64,000 nucleotides of DNA. It comes from Auanema rhodensis (Eukaryota; Animalia; Nematoda). This document shows, one piece after another, positions 27,701 through 43,200 of this stretch. Both the position numbers and the translations under genes were made by a program. The stretch is from positions 17,174,001 through 17,238,000 of the forward strand of contig OZ059897.1 in the NCBI GenBank assembly GCA_964057225.1, given 5' to 3'. The notes under the pieces were generated by a model. The model was not told the origin of the DNA, searched no databases, and saw nothing but the letters and a program-made list of their open reading frames with translations. Each line of letters starts with the position of its first letter. Within the stretch, counting starts at the first letter, position 1.

Positions 27701-30343
27701 CGGGGAGCGAGTTTCATACCAAGTGCACATCACGTGTACATTTAATTAGCATAAATTAAAGTTCACGTAAATTTCAAAGTCATGGTTACCATGCACCAAT
27801 ATCAATGAAAATTTGTTTTTAGACTAATATGAACATGGTGAATCTAATTTTGAAAACCGCATCTCTTTATCTTTCACGGGAAGCGAGTTACATACCAAGT
27901 ACACATCACGTGTACATTTAATTAGCATAAATGAAAGTTCACGTAAATTTGAAAGTCATGGTTACCATGCACCAATATCAATAAAAATTTGTATTCAGAC
28001 TAATATGGACATGGGGAATCTAATTTTAAAAACCGCATCTCTTTATCTTTCACGGGAAGCGAGTTTCATACAAGTGCACATCACGTGTACATTTAATTAG
28101 CATAAATTGAAGTTCACGTAAATTTCAAAGTCATGGTTACCATGCACCAATATCAATGAAAATTTGTTTTTAGACTAATATGGACATGGGGAATCTAATT
28201 TTGAAAACCGCATCTCTTCATCTTTCACGGGAAGCGAGTTACATACCGAGTGCACATCACGTGTACATTTAATTAGCATAAATTAAAGTTCACGTAAATT
28301 TCAAAGTCATGGTTACCATGCACCAATATCAATGAAAATTTGTTTTTAGACTAATATGGACTTGGGGAATCTAATTTTGAAAACCGCCTCTCTTTATCTT
28401 TCACGGGAAGCGAGTTTCATACCAAGTGCACATCACGTGTACATTTAATTAGCATAAATTAAAGTTCACGTAAATTTCAAAATCATGGTTACCATGCATC
28501 AATATCAATAAAAATTTGTTTTCAGACTAATATGGACATGGGGAATCTAATTTTGAAAACCGCATCTCTTCATCTTTCACGGGAAGCGAGTTACATACCA
28601 AGTACACATCGCGTGTACATTTAATTAGCATAAATTGAAGTTCACGTGAATTTCAAAGTCATGGTTACCATGCACCAATATGAATAAGAATTTGTTTTTA
28701 GACTAATGTGGGCATGGGGAATCTAATTTTGAAAACCGCATCTCTTTATCTTTCACGGGAAGCGAGATACATACCAAGTGCACATCGCGTGTACATTTAA
28801 TTAGCATAAATTAAAGTTCACGTAAATTTCAAAGTCATGGTTGCCATGCACCAATATGAATAAGAATTTGTTTTTAGACTAATATGGACATGGGGAATCT
28901 AATTTTGAAAACCGCATCTCTTTATCTTTCACGGGAAGCGAGTTACATACCGAGTGCACATCACGTGTACATTTAATTAGCATAAATTAAAGTTCACGTA
29001 AATTTCAAAGTCATGGTTACCATGCATCAATATCAATAAAATATTGTTTTTAGACTAATATGGACTTGGGGAATCTAATTTTGAAAACCGCATCTCTTCA
29101 TCTTTCACGGGAAGCGAGTTACATACCAAGTACACATCGCGTGTACATTTAATTAGCATAAATTGAAGTTCACGTGAATTTCAAAATCATGGTTACCATG
29201 CACCAATATGAATAAGAATTTGTTTTTAGACTAATGTGGGCATGGGGAATCTAATTTTGAAAACCGCATCTCTTTATCTTTCACGGGAAGCGAGATACAT
29301 ACCAAGTGCACATCGCGTGTACATTTAATTAGCATAAATTAAAGTTCACGTAAATTTCAAAGTCATGGTTGCCATGCACCAATATGAATAAGAATTTGTT
29401 TTTAGACTAATGTGGACATGGGGAATCTAATTTTGAAAACCGCATCTCTTTATCTTTCATGGGAAGCGAGATACATACCGAGTGCACATCGCGTGTACAT
29501 TTAATTAGCATAAATTAAAGTTCACGTGAATTTCAAAGTCATGGTTACCATGCACCAATATGAATAAGAATTTGTTTTTAGACTAATGTGGACATGGGGA
29601 ATCTAATTTTGAAAACCGCATCTCTTTATCTTTCATGGGAAGCGAGATACATACCGAGTGCACATCGCGTGTACATTTAATTAGCATAAATTAAAGTTCA
29701 CGTGAATTTCAAAGTCATGGTTGCCATGCACCAATATCAATAAAAATTTGGTTTTAGACTAATATGGATATGGGGAATCTAATTTTCAAAACCGCATCTC
29801 TTTATCTTTCACGGGAAGCGAGTTTCATACCAAGTGCACATCACGTGTACATTTAATTAGCATAAATTAAAGTTCACGTAAATTTCAAAATCATGGTTAC
29901 CATGCACCAATATCAATAAAAATTTGTTTTCAGACTAATATGGACATGGGGAATCTAATTTTGAAAACCGCATCTCTTCATCTTTCACGGGAAGCGAGTT
30001 ACATACCAAGTACACATCACGTGTACATTTAATTAGCATAAATTGAAGTTCACGTGAATTTCAAAGTCATGGTTACCATGCACCAATATGAATAAGAATT
30101 TGTTTTTAGACTAATGTGGACATGGGGAATCTAATTTTGAAAACCGCATCTCTTTATCTTTCACGGGAAGCGAGATACATACCAAGTGCACACCGCGTGT
30201 ACATTTAATTAGCATAAATTAAAGTTCACGTAAATTTCAAAGTCATGGTTGCCATGCACCAATATCAATAAAAATTTGGTTTTAGACTAATATGGATATG
30301 GGGAATCTAATTTTGAAAACCGCATCTCTTTATCTTTCACGGG
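24702..30343. repeat. Higher-order repeat: 15-monomer (2639 bp) tandem duplication
   Basis: CATACAAG deletion at about 25431 and 28070. GGGGAG, CCGCCTC, GTGGGCAT and TTTTCAAAAC variants all recur at offset 2639 (15x176-1). No differences seen by eye within the interval. Confidence 0.88.
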
Positions 30344-33300
30344 AAGCGAGATACATACCAAGTGCACACCGCGTGTACATTTAATTAGCATAAATTAAAG
30401 TTCACGTAAATTTCAAAGTCATGGTTGCCATGCACCAATATCAATAAAAATTTGGTTTTAGACTAATATGGATATGGGGAATCTAATTTTGAAAACCGCA
30501 TCTCTTTATCTTTCACGGGAAGCGAGTTTCATACCAAGTGCACATCGCGTGTACATTTAATTAGCATAAATTAAAGTTCACGTAAATTTCAAAGTCATGG
30601 TTACCATGCATCAATATCAATAAAATATTGTTTTTAGACTAATATGGACTTGAGGAATCTAATTTTGAAAACCGCATCTTTTCATCTTTCACGGGAAGCG
30701 AGTTACATACCAAGAACACATCACGTGTACATTTAATTAGCATAAATTAAAGTTCACGTAAATTTCGAAGTCATGGTTACCATGCACTAATATCAATGAA
30801 AATTTGGTTTTAGACTAATATGGATATGGGGAATCTTATTTTGAAAACCGCATCTTTTCATCTTTCACGGGAAGCGAGTTACATACCAAGTACACATCAC
30901 GTGTACATTTAATTAGCATAAATTAAAGTTCACGTAAATTTCAAAGTCATGGTTACCATGCACCAATATCAATGAAAATTTGTTTTTAGACTAATATGGA
31001 CATGGGGAATCTAATTTTAAAAACCGCATCTCTTTATCTTTCACGGGAAGCGAGTTTCATACAAGTGCACATCACGTGTACATTTAATTAGCATAAATTG
31101 AAGTTCACGTAAATTTCAAAGTCATGGTTACCATGCACCAATATGAATAAGAATTTGTTTTTAGACTAATATGGACATGGGGAATCTAATTTTGAAAACC
31201 GCATCTCTTTATCTTTCACGGGAAGCGAGTTACATACCGAGTGCACATCACGTGTACATTTAATTAGCATAAATTAAAGTTCACGTAAATTTCAAAGTCA
31301 TGGTTACCATGCATCAATATCAATAAAATATTGTTTTTAGACTAATATGGATATGGGGAATCTAATTTTGAAAACCGCATCTCTTTATCTTTCACGTGAA
31401 GCGAGTTACATACCAAGTGCACATCACGTGTACATTTAATTAGCATAAATTGAAGTTCACGTAAATATCAAAGTCATGGTTACCATGCACCAATATCAAT
31501 AAAAATTTGTTTTTAGACTAATATGGATATGGGGAATCTAATTTTGAAAACCGCATCTTTTCATCTTTCACGGGAAGCGAGTTACATACCGAGTGCACAT
31601 CGCGTGTACATTTAATTAGCATAAATTAAAGTTCACGTAAATTTCAAAGTCATGGTTACCATGCATCAATATCAATAAAATATTGTTTTTAGACTAATAT
31701 GGACTTGAGGAATCTAATTTTGAAAACCGCATCTTTTCATCTTTCACGGGAAGCGAGTTACATACCAAGAACACATCACGTGTACATTTAATTAGCATAA
31801 ATTAAAGTTCACGTAAATTTCGAAGTCATGGTTACCATGCACTAATATCAATGAAAATTTGGTTTTAGACTAATATGGATATGGGGAATCTAATTTTGAA
31901 AACCGCATCTTTTCATCTTTCACGGGAAGCGAGTTACATACCAAGTACACATCACGTGTACATTTAATTAGCATAAATTAAAGTTCACGTAAATTTCAAA
32001 GTCATGGTTACCATGCACCAATATCAATGAAAATTTGTTTTTAGACTAATATGGACATGGGTAATCTAATTTTAAAAACCGCATCTCTTTATCTTTCACG
32101 GGAAGCGAGTTTCATACAAGTGCACATCACGTGTACATTTAATTAGCATAAATTGAAGTTCACGTAAATTTCAAAGTCATGGTTACCATGCACCAATATG
32201 AATAAGAATTTGTTTTTAGACTAATATGGACATGGGGAATCTAATTTTGAAAACCGCATCTCTTTATCTTTCACGGGAAGCGAGTTACATACCGAGTGCA
32301 CATCACGTGTACATTTAATTAGCATAAATTAAAGTTCACGTAAATTTCAAAGTCATGGTTACCATGCATCAATATCAATAAAATATTGTTTTTAGACTAA
32401 TATGGACTTGGGGAATCTAATTTTGAAAACCGCATCTCTTTATCTTTCACGGGAAGCGAGTTACATACCGAGTGCACATCACGTGTACATTTAATTAGCA
32501 TAAATTAAAGTTCACGTAAATTTCAAAGTCATGGTTACCATGCACCAATATCAATAAAAATTTGTTTTCAGACTAATATAGACATGGGGAATCTAATTTT
32601 GAAAACCGCATCTCTTTATCTTTCACGGGAAGCGAGTTTCATACCAAGTGCACATCACGTGTACATTTAATTAGCATAAATTAAAGTTCACGTAAATTTC
32701 GAAGTCATGGTTACCATGCACCAATATCAATAAAAATTTCTTTTTAGACTAATATGGACTTGGGGAATCTAATTTTGAAAACCGCATCTCTTTATCTTTC
32801 ACGGGAAGCGAGTTTCATACCAAGTGCACATCACGTGTACATTTAATTAGCATAAATGAAAGTTCACGTAAATTTGAAAGTCATGGTTACCATGCACCAA
32901 TATCAATAAAAATTTGTTTTTAGACTAATATGAACATGGTGAATCTAATTTTGAAAACCGCATCTCTTTATCTTTCACGGGGAGCGAGTTTCATACCAAG
33001 TGCACATCACGTGTACATTTAATTAGCATAAATTAAAGTTCACGTAAATTTCAAAGTCATGGTTACCATGCACCAATATCAATAAAAATTTGTATTCAGA
33101 CTAATATGGACATGGGGAATCTAATTTTAAAAACCGCATCTCTTTATCTTTCACGGGAAGCGAGTTTCATACAAGTGCACATCACGTGTACATTTAATTA
33201 GCATAAATTGAAGTTCACGTAAATTTCAAAGTCATGGTTACCATGCACCAATATGAATAAGAATTTGTTTTTAGACTAATATGGACATGGGGAATCTAAT

Positions 33301-36300
33301 TTTGAAAACCGCATCTCTTCATCTTTCACGGGAAGCGAGTTACATACCGAGTGCACATCACGTGTACATTTAATTAGCATAAATTAAAGTTCACGTAAAT
33401 TTCAAAGTCATGGTTACCATGCACCAATATCAATGAAAATTTGTTTTTAGACTAATATGGACTTGGGGAATCTAATTTTGAAAACCGCCTCTCTTTATCT
33501 TTCACGGGAAGCGAGTTTCATACCAAGTGCACATCACGTGTACATTTAATTAGCATAAATTGAAGTTCACGTAAATTTCAAAGTCATGGTTACCATGCAC
33601 CAATATGAATAAGAATTTGTTTTTAGACTAATATGGACATGGGGAATCTAATTTTGAAAACCGCATCTCTTCATCTTTCACGGGAAGCGAGTTACATACC
33701 GAGTGCACATCACGTGTACATTTAATTAGCATAAATTAAAGTTCACGTAAATTTCAAAGTCATGGTTACCATGCACCAATATCAATGAAAATTTGTTTTT
33801 AGACTAATATGGACTTGGGGAATCTAATTTTGAAAACCGCCTCTCTTTATCTTTCACGGGAAGCGAGTTTCATACCAAGTGCACATCACGTGTACATTTA
33901 ATTAGCATAAATTAAAGTTCACGTAAATTTCAAAATCATGGTTACCATGCATCAATATCAATAAAAATTTGTTTTCAGACTAATATGGACATGGGGAATC
34001 TAATTTTGAAAACCGCATCTCTTTATCTTTCATGGGAAGCGAGATACATACCGAGTGCACATCGCGTGTACATTTAATTAGCATAAATTAAAGTTCACGT
34101 GAATTTCAAAGTCATGGTTGCCATGCACCAATATGAATAAGAATTTGTTTTTAGACTAATGTGGACATGGGGAATCTAATTTTGAAAACCGCATCTCTTT
34201 ATCTTTCATGGGAAGCGAGATACATACCAAGTGCACATCGCGTGTACATTTAATTAGCATAAATTAAAGTTCACGTAAATTTCAAAGTCATGGTTGCCAT
34301 GCACCAATATGAATAAGAATTTGTTTTTAGACTAATATGGACATGGGGAATCTAATTTTGAAAACCGCATCTCTTTATCTTTCACGGGAAGCGAGTTACA
34401 TACCGAGTGCACATCACGTGTACATTTAATTAGCATAAATTAAAGTTCACGTAAATTTCAAAGTCATGGTTACCATGCATCAATATCAATAAAATATTGT
34501 TTTTAGACTAATATGGACTTGGGGAATCTAATTTTGAAAACCGCATCTCTTTATCTTTCACGGGAAGCGAGTTACATACCAAGTACACATCGCGTGTACA
34601 TTTAATTAGCATAAATTGAAGTTCACGTGAATTTCAAAATCATGGTTACCATGCACCAATATGAATAAGAATTTGTTTTTAGACTAATGTGGACATGGGG
34701 AATCTAATTTTGAAAACCGCATCTCTTTATCTTTCACGGGAAGCGAGATACATACCAAGTGCACATCGCGTGTACATTTAATTAGCATAAATTAAAGTTC
34801 ACGTGAATTTCAAAGTCATGGTTACCATGCACCAATATGAATAAGAATTTGTTTTTAGACTAATGTGGACATGGGGAATCTAATTTTGAAAACCGCATCT
34901 CTTTATCTTTCATGGGAAGCGAGATACATACCGAGTGCACATCGCGTGTACATTTAATTAGCATAAATTAAAGTTCACGTGAATTTCAAAGTCATGGTTG
35001 CCATGCACCAATATGAATAAGAATTTGTTTTTAGACTAATGTGGACATGGGGAATCTAATTTTGAAAACCGCATCTCTTTATCTTTCATGGGAAGCGAGA
35101 TACATACCGAGTGCACATCGCGTGTACATTTAATTAGCATAAATTAAAGTTCACGTGAATTTCAAAGTCATGGTTACCATGCATCAATATCAATAAAATA
35201 TTGTTTTTAGACTAATATGGACTTGGGGAATCTAATTTTGAAAACCGCATCTCTTCATCTTTCACGGGAAGCGAGTTACATACCAAGTACACATCGCGTG
35301 TACATTTAATTAGCATAAATTGAAGTTCACGTGAATTTCAAAATCATGGTTACCATGCACCAATATGAATAAGAATTTGTTTTTAGACTAATATGGACAT
35401 GGGGAATCTAATTTTGAAAACCGCATCTCTTTATCTTTCACGGGAAGCGAGTTACATACCAAGTACACATCGCGTGTACATTTAATTAGCATAAATTGAA
35501 GTTCACGTGAATTTCAAAATCATGGTTACCATGCACCAATATGAATAAGAATTTGTTTTTAGACTAATGTGGACATGGGGAATCTAATTTTGAAAACCGC
35601 ATCTCTTCATCTTTCACGGGAAGCGAGTTACATACCAAGTACACATCGCGTGTACATTTAATTAGCATAAATTGAAGTTCACGTGAATTTCAAAATCATG
35701 GTTACCATGCACCAATATGAATAAGAATTTGTTTTTAGACTAATGTGGACATGGGGAATCTAATTTTGAAAACCGCATCTCTTTATCTTTCATGGGAAGC
35801 GAGATACATACCGAGTGCACATCGCGTGTACATTTAATTAGCATAAATTAAAGTTCACGTGAATTTCAAAGTCATGGTTGCCATGCACCAATATCAATAA
35901 AAATTTGGTTTTAGACTAATATGGATATGGGGAATCTAATTTTCAAAACCGCATCTCTTTATCTTTCACGGGAAGCGAGTTTTATACCAAGTGCACATCG
36001 CGTGTACATTTAATTAGCATAAATTAAAGTTCACGTAAATTTCAAAGTCATGGTTGCCATGCACCAATATGAATAAGAATTTGTTTTTAGACTAATGTGG
36101 ACATGGGGAATCTAATTTTGAAAACCGCATCTCTTTATCTTTCACGGGAAGCGAGATACATACCAAGTGCACACCGCGTGTACATTTAATTAGCATAAAT
36201 TAAAGTTCACGTAAATTTCAAAGTCATGGTTGCCATGCACCAATATCAATAAAAATTTGGTTTTAGACTAATATGGATATGGGGAATCTAATTTTGAAAA

Positions 36301-39300
36301 CCGCATCTCTTTATCTTTCACGGGGAGCGAGTTTCATACCAAGTGCACATCACGTGTACATTTAATTAGCATAAATTAAAGTTCACGTAAATTTCAAAGT
36401 CATGGTTACCATGCACCAATATCAATGAAAATTTGTTTTTAGACTAATATGAACATGGTGAATCTAATTTTGAAAACCGCATCTCTTTATCTTTCACGGG
36501 AAGCGAGTTACATACCAAGTACACATCACGTGTACATTTAATTAGCATAAATGAAAGTTCACGTAAATTTGAAAGTCATGGTTACCATGCACCAATATCA
36601 ATAAAAATTTGTATTCAGACTAATATGGACATGGGGAATCTAATTTTAAAAACCGCATCTCTTTATCTTTCACGGGAAGCGAGTTTCATACAAGTGCACA
36701 TCACGTGTACATTTAATTAGCATAAATTGAAGTTCACGTAAATTTCAAAGTCATGGTTACCATGCACCAATATGAATAAGAATTTGTTTTTAGACTAATA
36801 TGGACATGGGGAATCTAATTTTGAAAACCGCATCTCTTCATCTTTCACGGGAAGCGAGTTACATACCGAGTGCACATCACGTGTACATTTAATTAGCATA
36901 AATTAAAGTTCACGTAAATTTCAAAGTCATGGTTACCATGCACCAATATCAATGAAAATTTGTTTTTAGACTAATATGGACTTGGGGAATCTAATTTTGA
37001 AAACCGCCTCTCTTTATCTTTCACGGGAAGCGAGTTTCATACCAAGTGCACATCACGTGTACATTTAATTAGCATAAATTAAAGTTCACGTAAATTTCAA
37101 AATCATGGTTACCATGCATCAATATCAATAAAAATTTGTTTTCAGACTAATATGGACATGGGGAATCTAATTTTGAAAACCGCATCTCTTCATCTTTCAC
37201 GGGAAGCGAGTTACATACCAAGTACACATCGCGTGTACATTTAATTAGCATAAATTGAAGTTCACGTGAATTTCAAAGTCATGGTTACCATGCACCAATA
37301 TGAATAAGAATTTGTTTTTAGACTAATGTGGGCATGGGGAATCTAATTTTGAAAACCGCATCTCTTTATCTTTCACGGGAAGCGAGATACATACCAAGAG
37401 CACATCGCGTGTACATTTAATTAGCATAAATTAAAGTTCACGTAAATTTCAAAGTCATGGTTGCCATGCACCAATATGAATAAGAATTTGTTTTTAGACT
37501 AATATGGACATGGGGAATCTAATTTTGAAAACCGCATCTCTTTATCTTTCACGGGAAGCGAGTTACATACCGAGTGCACATCACGTGTACATTTAATTAG
37601 CATAAATTAAAGTTCACGTAAATTTCAAAGTCATGGTTACCATGCATCAATATCAATAAAATATTGTTTTTAGACTAATATGGACTTGGGGAATCTAATT
37701 TTGAAAACCGCATCTCTTCATCTTTCACGGGAAGCGAGTTACATACCAAGTACACATCGCGTGTACATTTAATTAGCATAAATTGAAGTTCACGTGAATT
37801 TCAAAATCATGGTTACCATGCACCAATATGAATAAGAATTTGTTTTTAGACTAATGTGGACATGGGGAATCTAATTTTGAAAACCGCATCTCTTTATCTT
37901 TCACGGGAAGCGAGATACATACCAAGTGCACATCGCGTGTACATTTAATTAGCATAAATTAAAGTTCACGTGAATTTCAAAGTCATGGTTACCATGCACC
38001 AATATGAATAAGAATTTGTTTTTAGACTAATGTGGACATGGGGAATCTAATTTTGAAAACCGCATCTCTTTATCTTTCATGGGAAGCGAGATACATACCG
38101 AGTGCACATCGCGTGTACATTTAATTAGCATAAATTAAAGTTCACGTGAATTTCAAAGTCATGGTTGCCATGCACCAATATCAATAAAAATTTGGTTTTA
38201 GACTAATATGGATATGGGGAATCTAATTTTCAAAACCGCATCTCTTTATCTTTCACGGGAAGCGAGTTTCATACCAAGTGCACATCACGTGTACATTTAA
38301 TTAGCATAAATTAAAGTTCACGTAAATTTCAAAATCATGGTTACCATGCACCAATATCAATAAAAATTTGTTTTCAGACTAATATGGACATGGGGAATCT
38401 AATTTTGAAAACCGCATCTCTTCATCTTTCACGGGAAGCGAGTTACATACCAAGTACACATCACGTGTACATTTAATTAGCATAAATTGAAGTTCACGTG
38501 AATTTCAAAGTCATGGTTACCATGCACCAATATGAATAAGAATTTGTTTTTAGACTAATGTGGACATGGGGAATCTAATTTTGAAAACCGCATCTCTTTA
38601 TCTTTCACGGGAAGCGAGATACATACCAAGTGCACACCGCGTGTACATTTAATTAGCATAAATTAAAGTTCACGTAAATTTCAAAGTCATGGTTGCCATG
38701 CACCAATATCAATAAAAATTTGGTTTTAGACTAATATGGATATGGGGAATCTAATTTTGAAAACCGCATCTCTTTATCTTTCACGGGAAGCGAGTTTTAT
38801 ACCAAGTGCACATCGCGTGTACATTTAATTAGCATAAATTAAAGTTCACGTAAATTTCAAAGTCATGGTTGCCATGCACCAATATGAATAAGAATTTGTT
38901 TTTAGACTAATGTGGACATGGGGAATCTAATTTTGAAAACCGCATCTCTTTATCTTTCACGGGAAGCGAGATACATACCAAGTGCACACCGCGTGTACAT
39001 TTAATTAGCATAAATTAAAGTTCACGTAAATTTCAAAGTCATGGTTGCCATGCACCAATATCAATAAAAATTTGGTTTTAGACTAATATGGATATGGGGA
39101 ATCTAATTTTGAAAACCGCATCTCTTTATCTTTCACGGGAAGCGAGTTTCATACCAAGTGCACATCGCGTGTACATTTAATTAGCATAAATTAAAGTTCA
39201 CGTAAATTTCAAAGTCATGGTTACCATGCATCAATATCAATAAAATATTGTTTTTAGACTAATATGGACTTGAGGAATCTAATTTTGAAAACCGCATCTT

Positions 39301-40267
39301 TTCATCTTTCACGGGAAGCGAGTTACATACCAAGAACACATCACGTGTACATTTAATTAGCATAAATTAAAGTTCACGTAAATTTCGAAGTCATGGTTAC
39401 CATGCACTAATATCAATGAAAATTTGGTTTTAGACTAATATGGATATGGGGAATCTTATTTTGAAAACCGCATCTTTTCATCTTTCACGGGAAGCGAGTT
39501 ACATACCAAGAACACATCACGTGTACATTTAATTAGCATAAATTAAAGTTCACGTAAATTTCGAAGTCATGGTTGCCATGCACCAATATGAATAAGAATT
39601 TGTTTTTAGACTAATATGGATATGGGGAATCTAATTTTGAAAACCGCATCTCTTTATCTTTCACGGGAAGCGAGTTACATACCGAGTGCACATCACGTGT
39701 ACATTTAATTAGCATAAATTAAAGTTCACGTAAATTTCAAAGTCATGGTTACCATGCATCAATATCAATAAAATATTGTTTTTAGACTAATATGGATATG
39801 GGGAATCTAATTTTGAAAACCGCATCTCTTTATCTTTCACGTGAAGCGAGTTACATACCAAGTGCACATCACGTGTACATTTAATTAGCATAAATTGAAG
39901 TTCACGTAAATATCAAAGTCATGGTTACCATGCACCAATATCAATAAAAATTTGTTTTTAGACTAATATGGATATGGGGAATCTAATTTTGAAAACCGCA
40001 TCTTTTCATCTTTCACGGGAAGCGAGTTACATACCGAGTGCACATCGCGTGTACATTTAATTAGCATAAATTAAAGTTCACGTAAATTTCAAAGTCATGG
40101 TTACCATGCATCAATATCAATAAAATATTGTTTTTAGACTAATATGGACTTGAGGAATCTAATTTTGAAAACCGCATCTTTTCATCTTTCACGGGAAGCG
40201 AGTTACATACCAAGAACACATCACGTGTACATTTAATTAGCATAAATTAAAGTTCACGTAAATTTCG

Positions 40268-43200
40268 AAGTCATGGTTACCATGCACTAATATCAATGAA
40301 AATTTGGTTTTAGACTAATATGGATATGGGGAATCTAATTTTGAAAACCGCATCTTTTCATCTTTCACGGGAAGCGAGTTACATACCAAGTACACATCAT
40401 GTGTACATTTAATTAGCATAAATTAAAGTTCACGTAAATTTCAAAGTCATGGTTACCATGCACCAATATCAATGAAAATTTGTTTTTAGACTAATATGGA
40501 CATGGGGAATCTAATTTTAAAAACCGCATCTCTTTATCTTTCACGGGAAGCGAGTTTCATACAAGTGCACATCACGTGTACATTTAATTAGCATAAATTG
40601 AAGTTCACGTAAATTTCAAAGTCATGGTTACCATGCACCAATATGAATAAGAATTTGTTTTTAGACTAATATGGACATGGGGAATCTAATTTTGAAAACC
40701 GCATCTCTTTATCTTTCACGGGAAGCGAGTTACATACCGAGTGCACATCACGTGTACATTTAATTAGCATAAATTAAAGTTCACGTAAATTTCAAAGTCA
40801 TGGTTACCATGCATCAATATCAATAAAATATTGTTTTTTGACTAATATGGACTTGGGGAATCTAATTTTGAAAACCGCATCTCTTTATCTTTCACGGGAA
40901 GCGAGTTACATACCGAGTGCACATCACGTGTACATTTAATTAGCATAAATTAAAGTTCACGTAAATTTCAAAGTCATGGTTACCATGCACCAATATCAAT
41001 AAAAATTTGTTTTCAGACTAATATAGACATGGGGAATCTAATTTTGAAAACCGCATCATTTTATCTTTCACGGGAAGCGAGTTTCATACCAAGTGCACAT
41101 CACGTGTACATTTAATTAGCATAAATTAAAGTTCACGTAAATTTCGAAGTCATGGTTACCATGCACCAATATCAATAAAAATTTCTTTTTAGACTAATAT
41201 GGACTTGGGGAATCTAATTTTGAAAACCGCATCTCTTTATCTTTCACGGGAAGCGAGTTTCATACCAAGTGCACATCACGTGTACATTTAATTAGCATAA
41301 ATGAAAGTTCACGTAAATTTGAAAGTCATGGTTACCATGCACCAATATCAATAAAAATTTGTTTTTAGACTAATATGAACATGGTGAATCTAATTTTGAA
41401 AACCGCATCTCTTTATCTTTCACGGGGAGCGAGTTTCATACCAAGTGCACATCACGTGTACATTTAATTAGCATAAATTAAAGTTCACGTAAATTTCAAA
41501 GTCATGGTTACCATGCACCAATATCAATGAAAATTTGTTTTTAGACTAATATGAACATGGTGAATCTAATTTTGAAAACCGCATCTCTTTATCTTTCACG
41601 GGAAGCGAGTTACATACCAAGTACACATCACGTGTACATTTAATTAGCATAAATGAAAGTTCACGTAAATTTGAAAGTCATGGTTACCATGCACCAATAT
41701 CAATAAAAATTTGTATTCAGACTAATATGGACATGGGGAATCTAATTTTAAAAACCGCATCTCTTTATCTTTCACGGGAAGCGAGTTTCATACAAGTGCA
41801 CATCACGTGTACATTTAATTAGCATAAATTGAAGTTCACGTAAATTTCAAAGTCATGGTTACCATGCACCAATATGAATAAGAATTTGTTTTTAGACTAA
41901 TATGGACATGGGGAATCTAATTTTGAAAACCGCATCTCTTCATCTTTCACGGGAAGCGAGTTACATACCGAGTGCACATCACGTGTACATTTAATTAGCA
42001 TAAATTAAAGTTCACGTAAATTTCAAAGTCATGGTTACCATGCACCAATATCAATGAAAATTTGTTTTTAGACTAATATGGACTTGGGGAATCTAATTTT
42101 GAAAACCGCCTCTCTTTATCTTTCACGGGAAGCGAGTTTCATACCAAGTGCACATCACGTGTACATTTAATTAGCATAAATTAAAGTTCACGTAAATTTC
42201 AAAGTCATGGTTACCATGCATCAATATCAATAAAAATTTGTTTTCAGACTAATATGGACATGGGGAATCTAATTTTGAAAACCGCATCTCTTCATCTTTC
42301 ACGGGAAGCGAGTTACATACCAAGTACACATCGCGTGTACATTTAATTAGCATAAATTGAAGTTCACGTGAATTTCAAAGTCATGGTTACCATGCACCAA
42401 TATGAATAAGAATTTGTTTTTAGACTAATGTGGGCATGGGGAATCTAATTTTGAAAACCGCATCTCTTTATCTTTCACGGGAAGCGAGATACATACCAAG
42501 TGCACATCGCGTGTTCATTTAATTAGCATAAATTAAAGTTCACGTAAATTTCAAAGTCATGGTTGCCATGCACCAATATGAATAAGAATTTGTTTTTAGA
42601 CTAATATGGACATGGGGAATCTAATTTTGAAAACCGCATCTCTTTATCTTTCACGGGAAGCGAGTTACATACCGAGTGCACATCACGTGTACATTTAATT
42701 AGCATAAATTAAAGTTCACGTAAATTTCAAAGTCATGGTTACCATGCATCAATATCAATAAAATATTGTTTTTAGACTAATATGGACTTGGGGAATCTAA
42801 TTTTGAAAACCGCATCTCTTCATCTTTCACGGGAAGCGAGTTACATACCAAGTACACATCGCGTGTACATTTAATTAGCATAAATTAAAGTTCACGTGAA
42901 TTTCAAAGTCATGGTTACCATGCACCAATATGAATAAGAATTTGTTTTTAGACTAATGTGGACATGGGGAATCTAATTTTGAAAACCGCATCTCTTTATC
43001 TTTCATGGGAAGCGAGATACATACCGAGTGCACATCATGTGTACATTTAATTAGCATAAATTAAAGTTCACGTGAATTTCAAAATCATGGTTACCATGCA
43101 CCAATATGAATAAGAATTTGTTTTTAGACTAATGTGGACATGGGGAATCTAATTTTGAAAACCGCATCTCTTTATCTTTCACGGGAAGCGAGTTACATAC

